Source: Candidatus Saccharicenans sp.
GTDB taxonomy: Bacteria; Acidobacteriota; Aminicenantia; Aminicenantales; Saccharicenantaceae
DNA length: 64,000 bases
Reading direction: 5' to 3'
Assembly (NCBI GenBank): GCA_026414545.1
Contig: JAOAIU010000048.1
Location: 46,172 to 110,171 of the forward strand
A model generated the notes under the pieces. That model saw nothing but the letters and a program-made list of their open reading frames with translations. It made no database searches and was not told the origin of the DNA. Shown here one piece after another: positions 28,894 to 38,883 of the stretch; the first letter of the stretch is position 1, and every line of letters starts with the position of its first letter. The position numbers and the translations under genes were made by a program.

Positions 28894-28909
28894 TGTCGGC
28901 CTGCCGACA
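28894..28909. promoter_or_regulatory. 16-bp palindrome, candidate parS-like site or operator
   Basis: TGTCGGC-CT-GCCGACA, a GC-rich island in very AT-rich DNA, about 85 bp upstream of parA. Confidence 0.5.
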
Positions 28910-28994
28910 GGTAATAAATTTTTAAAAATAATCTCTTGTATTTACATCTTCTTTTTTGTATATTTTTATTAATGATATTTACCGGAGGATTATC

Positions 28995-29762
28995 TTGATC
29001 ATCGCTGTAACTAATCAAAAAGGCGGAGTGGGTAAGACCACCACCTGTGTTAACGTCTCTGCTGCGCTGGCCTTAATGGGGCATCGTGTTCTTCTGGTAG
29101 ACATGGACCCCCAGGCTCACAGCACAATATCAATAGTAAATAATCCCCACGAAATTCCCAGGTCACTGTTTGATGTATTAATGGATAAGAATACCAAAAT
29201 AAACGACATAATTGTAAAGTCGACCATTCCTGGGCTTGATGTGGCAATTAGCAGGATTTCCATGGCTAAGTTGGAACCTGCGCTGATAGGAGAATTCGAT
29301 GGGCATTATCGTCTTAGGGATGCCCTGAATACGGTTAAGGATCACTATGATTTTATATTCATCGATACGCCGCCAACACTTGGGCTGATAACCTTAAATG
29401 CCTTGGTAGCAGCCAGTCATATTCTTATTCCGATTCAATCTTCCTACCTGTGCCTTGAGGGTACCGATGACCTTCTGGAAACTATTGATAAAGTAAAAAA
29501 GATTGCTAATCCTGACCTTGAGATTCTCGGGGTAATAATCACTCTTCATGACCGCAGAACAAATATCTCTAAAGATGTCGTGGACAGAATTATTGAGGTT
29601 TTTGGCGACAAGGTCTTTAAGACCTATATTTCAAAAAGTGTTAAGCTTGAGGAAAGTCCGGCCTACAAGGAAAGCATTTTTACTTTTGCCCCCGATTCTA
29701 TCGGGGCCATTCAATATAAATCTGTCGCTGAGGAGTTGATTGAACGTGCAACAAAAAACTAA
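28995..29762 (+). CDS. parA: ParA/Soj-family ATPase
   Basis: NQKGGVGKTTT deviant Walker A, DMDPQA, IDTPP. SD GGAGG before TTG at 28995. No N-terminal HTH. Confidence 0.93.
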   Translation: MIIAVTNQKGGVGKTTTCVNVSAALALMGHRVLLVDMDPQAHSTISIVNNPHEIPRSLFDVLMDKNTKINDIIVKSTIPGLDVAISRISMAKLEPALIGEFDGHYRLRDALNTVKDHYDFIFIDTPPTLGLITLNALVAASHILIPIQSSYLCLEGTDDLLETIDKVKKIANPDLEILGVIITLHDRRTNISKDVVDRIIEVFGDKVFKTYISKSVKLEESPAYKESIFTFAPDSIGAIQYKSVAEELIERATKN

Positions 29763-30648
29763 AAAATCCGGCCTTCCCGACAATTTAATTATGAGGCATG
29801 ACCCTCACTTTGTTGAGTTGATTGCCTCCAAGACCTCAGCTCCCAGGATCAGAATGATCCCGCTCGACAGGATAGAGCCGAATCCCCGGCAACCGCGTAG
29901 CGAGCTGGGAGACATCCAGGAATTGATGGACTCCATAAAAGCAAAGGGCGTTCTTGAACCCATAATCGTCAGGCCAAAGGGAGAAAAGTTTGAGATTATT
30001 GCCGGAGAACGACGATTTGTAGCTTCAAAAAATCTTGGCTTAAAAGAAATTCCCTGCATTGAGATGACAGTCGACGATCAGGAAGCTATGGAGATAAGCC
30101 TGATAGAAAATCTCCAGCGAAAAGACCTTGATATTTTTGAAGAGGCAGACGGCCTAAAAGCCCTGATGAATCTTTATGGGTATAGCCACCAGGAAGTGGC
30201 CGACAAGATTGGCAAAGCCCGTTCCACAATTACTGAAATTATTTCCGTTAGCCGCATACCTTTCGACCTTCGAGATAAGCTTAAACGAGCCGGCGTAACC
30301 AGCCGGAGCACCATTATTGAAATCGCCAAGCTTGAAAACGAGTCCCTGATGAGTCAGGTAGTGGAACGAATTATCCAAAATAGACTGACCAGAACTGATA
30401 CCCGCGATTTGACCAGGCTATTTAAAGAAAAAGAAAATCAAGATACGGAAAAACCCAAGTTTTTCGTTTTTAATTATGTTCCCAAGGAAAATAAGACCTT
30501 TAAGCTGCGGATAGAATTTAAAAAACAGGTAGTTACCAGGCAAGAATTAATCAATATCCTTGAAAATATCATCAAACAACTTAAAGAAGAAGCGGGACAA
30601 AAGACTGGCTCAGGACAGCTCAAGCTTGATGATGGGCAGGAAAAGTAG
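29740..30648 (+). CDS. parB: ParB/Spo0J-family CTPase and DNA-binding protein
   Basis: PNPRQPR, GVLEPIIVR, IAGERR (CTP motif), LIENLQRKDL, HTH SHQEVADKIGKARSTIT. Overlaps the parA end. Confidence 0.92.
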   Translation: MNVQQKTKKSGLPDNLIMRHDPHFVELIASKTSAPRIRMIPLDRIEPNPRQPRSELGDIQELMDSIKAKGVLEPIIVRPKGEKFEIIAGERRFVASKNLGLKEIPCIEMTVDDQEAMEISLIENLQRKDLDIFEEADGLKALMNLYGYSHQEVADKIGKARSTITEIISVSRIPFDLRDKLKRAGVTSRSTIIEIAKLENESLMSQVVERIIQNRLTRTDTRDLTRLFKEKENQDTEKPKFFVFNYVPKENKTFKLRIEFKKQVVTRQELINILENIIKQLKEEAGQKTGSGQLKLDDGQEK

Positions 30649-30682
30649 CCTGATAGCAAAAGATATCAAGAGACCTGATATT

Positions 30683-30710
30683 AGTTTACATAATATAACT
30701 TATGCGACAC
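30683..30710 (-). other. dif site (XerC/XerD chromosome-dimer resolution site)
   Basis: Minus strand reads GTGTCGCATAA-GTTATA-TTATGTAAACT (11-6-11). The XerC arm resembles E. coli GGTGCGCATAA and the XerD arm equals B. subtilis TTATGTAAACT. Confidence 0.88.
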
Positions 30711-31387
30711 AATTTAGCTACCATTTTCATTTATTTTATTATCTATCACTTAGCATATTGTTAATCCTGTTAATATATCTGTTACCCATATTTTGTTCAG
30801 GTGTGGAAATCTCCGGCTAGGACCCAAACCGTTACCCTGATGCTTGCCCGCCAGATTTATTTATCTAGATAATCACAAGAATGTGCAGAAAAGATTTTTG
30901 ATGTGACAGCCATATTAATTTCAGTTGGCTTTATGAGTACAAAAGATTGTTTGAAAAAACTATCTCCGGTTAATTGGCTTATTCTGGCCTTAGAAAATTT
31001 AAAGGAAAAGGCTCCAGAGCGCCTGTTCTCAATGATCTTTTATTTTTTATATGACTTGCCAAATCATTGCCACCTAGACATAAATCCCTGAGACCGCCCT
31101 TAATTTTGCTTAGAATTCCAGGATATTATCTCCTGTATAGAGTTGCCCTTGGTGATTACAGCCCAAAGATATAATTAAACCATATAGACTTCTAACCAGG
31201 ATTGAAGCTCTTATCCCGTATGCCAACTTCCCCGCTATCGCCAAATATAACGAAAAATATGATGGAATATATCCTTTTAGGTATTTTTTTAGCTTTATCT
31301 GGTACATGTTAAAGGGCATGATTTCCCGGCCACTCGATAAAAAATGTTTTATTGTAATATCAATTGGAATTCTGCTATCATCTTTAT

Positions 31388-31400
31388 AATCAATAATTTA
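31388..31400 (+). promoter_or_regulatory. IHF-binding consensus site
   Basis: AATCAATAATTTA matches WATCAANNNNTTR; chance matches are likely in AT-rich DNA. Confidence 0.35.
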
Positions 31401-31566
31401 AGATTAATTCCATATTCATCTTATTTATTATCAACAAGATAAAGAATCACGGGGTTCAGAAAACACCCTTGCTTGTTAAGACTGATTTGTTCGCTATTTT
31501 TGCCAGAAATTAAGAAAGACCGGACCTGACCGCATTAAATTAGTTAGAGCTTATGGAAATTAGAAG

Positions 31567-31591
31567 AAGGTGCGGGAGGCATCAGCACCTT
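31567..31591 (-). terminator. Hairpin downstream of rho, possible terminator
   Basis: AAGGTGC...GCACCTT inverted repeat; the T-tail on the minus strand is weak. Confidence 0.3.
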
Positions 31592-31660
31592 ATAGCGCCA
31601 CGCCTCTGTACTCAAAAAAATGACAGAAAAAAGCCAGGATGCCACTGACCCGGGGCCTGT

Positions 31661-32941
31661 TTACAGGCCCTTGCTCATGGCATCCAGGAAGTCGCTGTTG
31701 GTCTTGGTCTTGGAGAGTTTTTCCAGCAACAGCTCCATGGCCTCGACCTCGTTCAACTGGCTGAGGATTTTCCTGAGGATCCAGATCCTATTCAGGTCCT
31801 TATCGGGGATGAGCAATTCTTCCTTTCTGGTTCCCGACCGGCTGATATCTATGGCCGGGAAGATTCTCTTGTCGACCAGACGACGGTCAAGGTTGATTTC
31901 CATGTTGCCGGTTCCCTTGAATTCTTCAAAGATGACATCATCCATGCGGCTGCCGGTATCAATCAGAGCCGTGGCCACGATGGTCAGGCTGCCGCCTTCC
32001 TCAATCTTTCTGGCTGAGCCGAAAAACTTTTTGGGCTTGTTGAGGGCGTTAGCATCGATACCGCCTGACAGCACCTTGCCCGAGGGCGGCACAATGGCGT
32101 TATGAGCCCTGGCCAGCCTGGTGATAGAATCGAGCAGGATTACCACATCCCGCTTCAATTCCACCAGTCTCTTGGCTTTTTCCAGGACGATGTTGGCCAC
32201 CTGGACGTTGCGGGTCGGGGGCTCGTCGAAAGTTGAGGCTACCACCTCGCCGTTGACACTTCTCTTAAAATCGGTAACTTCTTCCGGTCTTTCAGCTACC
32301 AGCAGCACTATCAGGAATATCTCGGGATGGTTCTTTTCGATGGACTTGGCCACCGTTTTGAGCAGGGTGGTCTTTCCAGCCCGGGGCGGGGAGACGATCA
32401 GGCCCCTCTGCCCCTTCCCTATTGGGGTCAGCAACTCCATTACCCTGGCGTTCATATTCTTGGGGTTTCCGTCCTGCAGCTTTATCAGTTCGAAGGGATA
32501 TACCGGAGTCAGCTGTTCGAACTGGACATTCCGCCTGGCCTCCAGGACTACATCGGGATGGAGGAAATTTATGGCTTCTATCTTAATCAGGGCAAAATAC
32601 TTTTCTCCGTTCTTTGGGGGTCTGACCACACCTGAAATAGTGTCCCCGGTCCTGAGCTGGAATTTTCGAATCTGAGAGGGAGAAACGTAGATATCGTCAG
32701 GACTGGGCAGGTAGCTGAACTCTGGAGCCCGCAGGAAGCCAAAGCCATCTTCCAGGCATTCCAGGACACCTTCAGAAAACAGCAGGCCCTGCTTCTTGGC
32801 CTGAGCCTCCAGTATCTTGAATATCAGATGGTGCCGGCTGGAATTTTCAATATCCTCATCCTCCAGCCCCAGGGAATTGGCAATTTTTTTCAGACCGGAT
32901 AGTTCCTTTTCTTCCAGGTCGATCAGACTGTATTCTTTCAT
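31661..32941 (-). CDS. rho: Transcription termination factor Rho
   Basis: [47 protein letters not shown]. Confidence 0.98.
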   Translation of the reverse strand: MKEYSLIDLEEKELSGLKKIANSLGLEDEDIENSSRHHLIFKILEAQAKKQGLLFSEGVLECLEDGFGFLRAPEFSYLPSPDDIYVSPSQIRKFQLRTGDTISGVVRPPKNGEKYFALIKIEAINFLHPDVVLEARRNVQFEQLTPVYPFELIKLQDGNPKNMNARVMELLTPIGKGQRGLIVSPPRAGKTTLLKTVAKSIEKNHPEIFLIVLLVAERPEEVTDFKRSVNGEVVASTFDEPPTRNVQVANIVLEKAKRLVELKRDVVILLDSITRLARAHNAIVPPSGKVLSGGIDANALNKPKKFFGSARKIEEGGSLTIVATALIDTGSRMDDVIFEEFKGTGNMEINLDRRLVDKRIFPAIDISRSGTRKEELLIPDKDLNRIWILRKILSQLNEVEAMELLLEKLSKTKTNSDFLDAMSKGL

Positions 32942-33036
32942 CGCTCCTACCTCACATTTTTTAATTTTTATGATTCAATTTATCTTGAATCTATTCTGAG
33001 GAAAAAAATCGGAAACGGATTTCAGTTAACCTTTCC

Positions 33037-35451
33037 TCAATTGGTCATCTGGGGTTCCTTGGTGGCTTCAGCCCCGGGGGTCGGCTGCTTTTCCTTGCCT
33101 TCGGGTTCAGTCGGGCCTGCCTTGGGAACCAGTTCTTCGGTCAGGGCTATTTTCAGCACCTGGTCCATGTTTTCCACCAGGTGGACCTTCAGGTTTTGCT
33201 TCAGCTTTTTGGGCAGGTCCTTGAGGTCCGGGCGGTTGTCCACGGGCAGAATGACTTCGGTGATGCCCTCACGGAAGGCGGCCAGGAGCTTCTCCTTTAT
33301 TCCTCCCACCGGCAAGACCTTGCCTCTCAGGGTAATTTCCCCGCTCATAGCCACTTTCTTGCTGACCGGGATACCAGTCAGCAAAGAGATGATGGCCGTG
33401 GCGATGGTAATACCGGCTGAGGGCCCTTCCTTGGGTGTGGCCCCTTCCGGCACATGAATATGGATATCAAAATTCTTTTCGAGTTCCTTGCCCATATTGA
33501 GTTCATAGAGCTTGTGCCTCACATAACTGTAAGCGGCCTGGGCTGACTCCTGCATGATTTCTCCCAGGTGGCCGGTCAGCATCAGGTTGCCCTTGCCATG
33601 AATCTTGGTAGCTTCAAAGGTCAGCAGCTCGCCGCCAAATTCAGTCCAGGCCATCCCCAGGGAAACGCCGATTTCATTCTGCTGGTCAATCTCCAGTCGG
33701 CGATACTTGGGAATACCCAGATAATTCTCCACAGCTTTGGCCGTCAGCTTTTCCCGGTATTCCTTGCCTTTGGTAACCACTTTCTTGACCATCTTGCGGC
33801 AGATGGAGGTAATTTCTCGCTCCAGGTTTCTGACCCCGGCTTCCCTGGTGTATTCCCTGATTATCTTCAGAATAGCCTGTTCGGTGAACTCCAGGTTCCG
33901 GGAAGTCAGGCCATGAGCCTTGAGTTGCTTGGGAATCAGGAATTGCCTGGCAATCTGAACTTTTTCGTCCTCGGTGTACCCGGGCAACCGGATGACCTCC
34001 ATTCGGTCCAGCAGGGCTCGCGGTATGGGGTCGATGGAATTGGCGGTGACGATGAACATTACCTGGGACAGGTCAAAATCGGTATCGATATAATGGTCGA
34101 GGAATTCTTTATTCTGTTCCGGGTCCAGCACTTCCATCAGGGCAGCGGCCGGGTCTCCGCGGTAGTCCATGCTCATCTTGTCGACTTCGTCCAGCAGGAA
34201 GACCGGATTCTTGGTGCCGGCCCGTTTTATCATCTGGATAATCCGGCCGGGATAAGCTCCGATGTAGGTCCGGCGATGCCCCCTGATTTCAGCTTCATCC
34301 CTGACTCCGCCCAGCGATAACCGGACAAATCTCCGGCCCGTGGCCCGGGCAATGGACTTGCCCAGGGAGGTCTTGCCGACCCCCGGAGGACCGATGAAGG
34401 CCAGAATGACCCCCTTGGGGTTCTTGACCAGCTGACGAATGGCCAGATATTCCAGAATTCTTTCCTTGACCTTTTCCAGCCCGTAATGGTCTTCGTTCAG
34501 TATCCTTTCGGCCTCTTTCAGATCCCTCTTTTCTCTTGATTTCTTGTTCCAGGGCAGAGAAATCAACCAGTCCAGGTAGTTGCGGCTGACCGTGGCTTCG
34601 GCTGACATCGGAGGCATGGTTTCTAGGCGTTCGATTTCTTTCATGGCCTTCTCGTGGGCGTCGGGGGGCATCTGGGCTTCAGTCACTTTTCTCTTCAGCT
34701 CTTCTATCTCGTTGGGCTGTTCTTCTTTCTTAAACTGACCGCCGGGAATAAAGGTCCGCTGGCCGCCTTCTTTCGGCCCTCCCCTTCTCCGGGATGGGCC
34801 CGTCCCTGGCTCCCGGCCGATGAAATTGACCAGGGATTCCTGGAGGAGGAATTTCAGGCGGTTCAGCCGTTCCCTGGTGTTGAGGGTCTCCAGCAGGTTC
34901 TGTTTTTCCTCCAGCGGCAGGTACAGGTGAGAAGAGATGATGTCGGCTATTCGGTCGGTGCTGTTTTCCCTCAGGGCCGGTATGATCGAATCCAGGTTGG
35001 CGTTCTGGTTTATCTTCAGGTATTCCTCAAACAGAGCCAGGACCTTTTTTAGCAATTCCTGGGTTTCCGGCGAGCTGTCCTCGATTTCTTTGACCACCTT
35101 GGCCAGAATCTGGTAATAGGGGTAGGTACTCAGGAACTCCACTATCCGGGCCCGGTTCAGTCCTTCCACGATGACCTTCATGTTCCGTTCATCGGTCCGG
35201 GCCGTCCTGATAATTCTGGCGGTTACCCCCATGGTATAAATATCGCGGGGCAAGGGATTATCGATGCCGGCATCCATCTGGGCGGCCAGGAAAATCAGCT
35301 TGTCCTTCTCATAAGCCTTCTCCAGGGCCTTGATCGATGAGGGCCGGCCGACGACAAATGGTACCAGGGTGGCTGGGAACACCACCAGGTCCCTCAACGG
35401 AATCAGGGGTATATTTTTTATCAGTTCAGAATTTTCCTGGGACTCGGTCAT
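33037..35451 (-). CDS. lon: Lon (LonA) ATP-dependent protease
   Basis: PLRDLVVFP N-domain, GPPGVGKTS, LLDEVDK, PKEGPSAG catalytic Ser, GGIKEK. Confidence 0.97.
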   Translation of the reverse strand: MTESQENSELIKNIPLIPLRDLVVFPATLVPFVVGRPSSIKALEKAYEKDKLIFLAAQMDAGIDNPLPRDIYTMGVTARIIRTARTDERNMKVIVEGLNRARIVEFLSTYPYYQILAKVVKEIEDSSPETQELLKKVLALFEEYLKINQNANLDSIIPALRENSTDRIADIISSHLYLPLEEKQNLLETLNTRERLNRLKFLLQESLVNFIGREPGTGPSRRRGGPKEGGQRTFIPGGQFKKEEQPNEIEELKRKVTEAQMPPDAHEKAMKEIERLETMPPMSAEATVSRNYLDWLISLPWNKKSREKRDLKEAERILNEDHYGLEKVKERILEYLAIRQLVKNPKGVILAFIGPPGVGKTSLGKSIARATGRRFVRLSLGGVRDEAEIRGHRRTYIGAYPGRIIQMIKRAGTKNPVFLLDEVDKMSMDYRGDPAAALMEVLDPEQNKEFLDHYIDTDFDLSQVMFIVTANSIDPIPRALLDRMEVIRLPGYTEDEKVQIARQFLIPKQLKAHGLTSRNLEFTEQAILKIIREYTREAGVRNLEREITSICRKMVKKVVTKGKEYREKLTAKAVENYLGIPKYRRLEIDQQNEIGVSLGMAWTEFGGELLTFEATKIHGKGNLMLTGHLGEIMQESAQAAYSYVRHKLYELNMGKELEKNFDIHIHVPEGATPKEGPSAGITIATAIISLLTGIPVSKKVAMSGEITLRGKVLPVGGIKEKLLAAFREGITEVILPVDNRPDLKDLPKKLKQNLKVHLVENMDQVLKIALTEELVPKAGPTEPEGKEKQPTPGAEATKEPQMTN

Positions 35452-35452
35452 G

Positions 35453-36700
35453 TTACGCTCCCATTACCTGCTTAAATTTTTCATAGCTCAGCCTCTGTTC
35501 TTCTACCATCTCCCGGGTAATGACGATCCTGGTTTCCTTTTTTTGCGAGGGCAGGTAAAACATCAGGTCGAGCATCAGGTCCTCGATTATGGCCCTCAGT
35601 CCCCGGGCACCCAACTTCTTCTCTATCGACTTCTCGGCTATGGCCTGAACTGCCTCAGCGGTAAATTCCAGTTCGACTCCCTCCATCTCGAACAGCTTCT
35701 GGTACTGCTTGATGATCGCATTCTTTGGCCTGGTCAGGATTTCGATCAGGTGACCCCGGTCCAGGTCATGGAAGACGGCCACCACCGGCATCCGGCCGAC
35801 CAGCTCGGGAATCAGGCCATATTTTATCAGGTCCTCGGGCATCAGATGGCGATAAATGTCCTGGCTGTCCACCAGCCTCCTGATCTCAGACTTGAAACCG
35901 ACCGTGGACTTGCCGAGCCGCTGGGCAATTATTTTATCCAGGCCGTTGAAGGCCCCGCCGCAGATAAATAGTATATCAGAAGTGTCCACGGGAATGAACT
36001 CCTGGTAGGGGTGCTTGCGACCGCCCTGCGGGGGCACGTTAGCCACGGTCCCTTCTATGATCTTCAACAGCGCCTGCTGGACGCCTTCCCCCGAGACATC
36101 CCGGGTAATCGACGGGCTGTCGCTCTTGCGGCTGATTTTATCTATTTCATCTATGTAGATGATTCCCTTCTGGGTTTTCTCGATGTTACCCTTGGCCGCC
36201 TGGAACAATTTCAGGATTATATTCTCTACGTCCTCGCCGACGTAGCCGGCTTCGGTCAGGGTGGTGGCATCAGCAATGGCGAAGGGAACCGAAAGCAACC
36301 TGGCCAGGGTCTGGGCCATCAAGGTCTTGCCGGTTCCGGTGGGACCGATGAACAGCAGGTTGCTCTTGGTGATTTCCACCTCGCTCTGGCCCCTGGGTTG
36401 GTTGATGCGTTTATAATGGTTATATACCGCTACTGAGATCTTTTTCTTGGCCTCTTCCTGGCCGATGATGTACTCGTCCAGAGCCTTCTTGATTTGAATT
36501 GGAGTGGGGAACGGTTCCTTTTTCTGTTTTATTTCCAGGTCCTGCTGGCGGTCAGAAATCAGGATGGAGTGGGCAATCTCCACGCAGTTATCGCAGATGT
36601 AGACCTTCTGCGGCCCGGCAATCAGCCGGCGGACCTGGGTCTGGGTCCGGTGACAGAAACTGCACTTGACCGTGCCCGCATTTTGTTCATTGGTTGTCAT
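35453..36700 (-). CDS. clpX: ClpX unfoldase
   Basis: CSFC...CDNC zinc finger, [29 protein letters not shown] loop. Confidence 0.98.
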   Translation of the reverse strand: MTTNEQNAGTVKCSFCHRTQTQVRRLIAGPQKVYICDNCVEIAHSILISDRQQDLEIKQKKEPFPTPIQIKKALDEYIIGQEEAKKKISVAVYNHYKRINQPRGQSEVEITKSNLLFIGPTGTGKTLMAQTLARLLSVPFAIADATTLTEAGYVGEDVENIILKLFQAAKGNIEKTQKGIIYIDEIDKISRKSDSPSITRDVSGEGVQQALLKIIEGTVANVPPQGGRKHPYQEFIPVDTSDILFICGGAFNGLDKIIAQRLGKSTVGFKSEIRRLVDSQDIYRHLMPEDLIKYGLIPELVGRMPVVAVFHDLDRGHLIEILTRPKNAIIKQYQKLFEMEGVELEFTAEAVQAIAEKSIEKKLGARGLRAIIEDLMLDLMFYLPSQKKETRIVITREMVEEQRLSYEKFKQVMGA

Positions 36701-36740
36701 GGTCTATGCCTTACCTGCTCCCGTGGGGAGCCTGAGCAGC

Positions 36741-37337
36741 TCAGGCGAGAGTTTCCTTACGGGAACTTATAATCTGGTCAATGAGCCCGTACTCCCTGGC
36801 TTGAACCGGAGTCATGATGAAATCTCGCTCCACCTCAGACTGGATCTTTTCCAGCGGCTGGCCGGTGTGCCTGGCCAGGATCTGGTTCAGGTTCTCGCGC
36901 AACCTCAGAATCTCTTTGGCCTGGATGGCCAGGTCGCTGGCCTGGCCCTGGAATTCACCAAACGGCTGGTGAAGGACCACCCGGGAATTGGGCAGGGCAA
37001 ATCTCTTGCCGGCGCTCCCGGCCGCCAGGAGCACAGCTGCCATGCTGGCCGCCTGCCCCAGGCAGATGGTGGTCACTGGTGAGGTTATGAACTGCATGGT
37101 ATCGTATATCGCCAGACCGGCAGTTATGCTGCCTCCCGGTGAATTTATATACAAGGAAATATCCTTATCACTGCCCTCGGCTTCCAGGTACAACAGCTGG
37201 GCGATCACCAGGTTGGCCACTTCATCAGTTATTTCCGTGCCCAGAAATATTATCCTGTCTTTGAGCAACCTGGAATATATGTCATAACCGCGCTCGGTGC
37301 GCCCCTCGGATTCAATGACAAAAGGAATTATGGCCAT
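36741..37337 (-). CDS. clpP: ClpP protease subunit
   Basis: [33 protein letters not shown]. Confidence 0.98.
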   Translation of the reverse strand: MAIIPFVIESEGRTERGYDIYSRLLKDRIIFLGTEITDEVANLVIAQLLYLEAEGSDKDISLYINSPGGSITAGLAIYDTMQFITSPVTTICLGQAASMAAVLLAAGSAGKRFALPNSRVVLHQPFGEFQGQASDLAIQAKEILRLRENLNQILARHTGQPLEKIQSEVERDFIMTPVQAREYGLIDQIISSRKETLA

Positions 37338-37347
37338 AGGGGAAGCT

Positions 37348-38625
37348 TTATTCTATTATAATCCTCCCGGCTAAAAAGTCAACCGTTTTTCGCAGGAGCA
37401 GGTTGAGCTTCCAGTCCTCATCGCGCCCCTCCCTGGCCAGGGCCGCCCTGAGCTGGTCCAGAGGAATGTTTCTTGACTCTGATACCCTCTTCAATTCCTG
37501 TTCGAACTCTTCGGGGGTAATTTCCAGTCCTTCCCGGGAAGCAATTTTCCGCAGCAGAAGGTGATTCTTAAGGTTAGCTTCGGCCTGCTTCCGGGCCTGT
37601 TCCAGCAAGCCGGGCCAGAGGTCGGAGGGAATTTTCTTCAGCTCTTCCTCCCGGAATTGACGCCCGATTATGGCCTGGGCTTCTTCCTTGACCATGCTCT
37701 CGGGAATAACCAGGTTGATTTCCGCGGCCAGTTTTTCCAGGTACTGATTTATAGCTTTATCCCTGGCCTCCTCTTCCCGGTGACTGACCAGGTCCTGGCG
37801 GATTTTCTCCTTCAGGGCCTCCAGGTTTTCCACCTGGTCGACCAGCCTGGCAAAATCATCATTGAGTTCGGGTAATTTTTTCTCTTTTATCTCCAGAACT
37901 TTCAGCCGGTACTCGATTTCCTTTCCGGCAAATTTCTTCTGACGGTAATCCGGCGGATAATTAACGGTGAAAGTTTTTTCATCTCCGGGTTTCAGTCCGG
38001 GCAGCACTTCATTGAGTTGGGGCTCGTTATCGGGATGACCGGCCAGCACCACCACTTTTTCTACTGGCATAAACTTCCTCGAAGCCATGTCCTTGCCCTG
38101 GATTTCAATGACCACATAATCGCCAGCCTGAACTCCGCGCTCTGTGACGGGCAAATACTCGGCGGCGTTTTCCCTGAGCCTGTTAAGCACAGCATCAACC
38201 TCGGCTTCTGCCAGCTGGGCTTTTTCCTTTTCAACTTTTTTATCCAGGTAATCAGACGGCAGGTCGAATTCTGGCCAGACCTCAAAAGACACCTGGTACC
38301 TGACTCCCCCGTCCAGACTGAAATCAATCGACTTAACCGTGGGCACGTTGACCGGAACAACTTTCAGGCTTTCCAGCTCCTGCCTCAGGTTCTCGGGAAT
38401 GAGGTTATCCAGAACCGCTTCTTTAATTTCGGCCTCAAACATCCTCTGCACCATGTCTTTGGGGGCAAAGCCCTTTCTGAAACCGGGCAACTTAACCCGC
38501 GACACGTAGTCCTTGAGCACCTTTTCGTATTCTTTTTTAACTAACTCGGGCGAGATTTCCAGGTCCAGTTCCCGGACTGTAGGGCTGACCACTCTCAGTT
38601 TTTCCTGGTTGGCATTGTTTTCCAT
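37348..38625 (-). CDS. tig: Trigger factor
   Basis: LPGFRKG ribosome-binding motif, PELNDDFA; tig-clpP-clpX-lon synteny. Confidence 0.93.
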   Translation of the reverse strand: MENNANQEKLRVVSPTVRELDLEISPELVKKEYEKVLKDYVSRVKLPGFRKGFAPKDMVQRMFEAEIKEAVLDNLIPENLRQELESLKVVPVNVPTVKSIDFSLDGGVRYQVSFEVWPEFDLPSDYLDKKVEKEKAQLAEAEVDAVLNRLRENAAEYLPVTERGVQAGDYVVIEIQGKDMASRKFMPVEKVVVLAGHPDNEPQLNEVLPGLKPGDEKTFTVNYPPDYRQKKFAGKEIEYRLKVLEIKEKKLPELNDDFARLVDQVENLEALKEKIRQDLVSHREEEARDKAINQYLEKLAAEINLVIPESMVKEEAQAIIGRQFREEELKKIPSDLWPGLLEQARKQAEANLKNHLLLRKIASREGLEITPEEFEQELKRVSESRNIPLDQLRAALAREGRDEDWKLNLLLRKTVDFLAGRIIIE

Positions 38626-38699
38626 CGTCTTTCCTCGAAATAAGATTTCCCCCGCAATCAGGCCGGATGGGGTGGATTCAGGCTGCTGAATGCTGGGAA

Positions 38700-38784
38700 T
38701 GGGCAGAGCGGGAATCGAACCCGCACTCCTTGTTCAGGAACTAGGTCCTAAGCCTAGTGCGTCTGCCAATTCCGCCACCTGCCC
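38700..38784 (-). tRNA. tRNA-Leu (anticodon TAG), CCA not encoded
   Basis: Minus strand GGGCAGGTGGCGGAATTGGCAGACGCACTAGG-CTTAGGA-CCTAG, long variable arm, GGTTCGATTCC, CTGCCCA. Confidence 0.95.
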
Positions 38785-38883
38785 AGCTTAATTATCTTAT
38801 TCTTATTATGGAGATCTGATTGCCTGTGCGGATTTTAAGATTATTAAATACCATACTTCAGCCTGTCAGTCAATCCGGCCGCA

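Noticed and set aside
30560-31319. Small ORFs 30560-30820, 30903-31091 and 31110-31319
   Set aside because: No recognisable motifs and composition typical of AT-rich non-coding DNA; the first one runs across dif.
30711-31660. oriC, suggested by AT-rich DNA next to parAB
   Set aside because: I saw only mismatched DnaA-box-like 9-mers (e.g. TGTGGAAAT, TGTGCAGAA) and no dnaA, dnaN or gidA. A dif site is present and housekeeping genes point toward the locus rather than away.
38700-38784. Integrative element at tRNA-Leu
   Set aside because: No integrase and no duplicated tRNA 3' end; tRNA-Leu upstream of tig is an ordinary arrangement.
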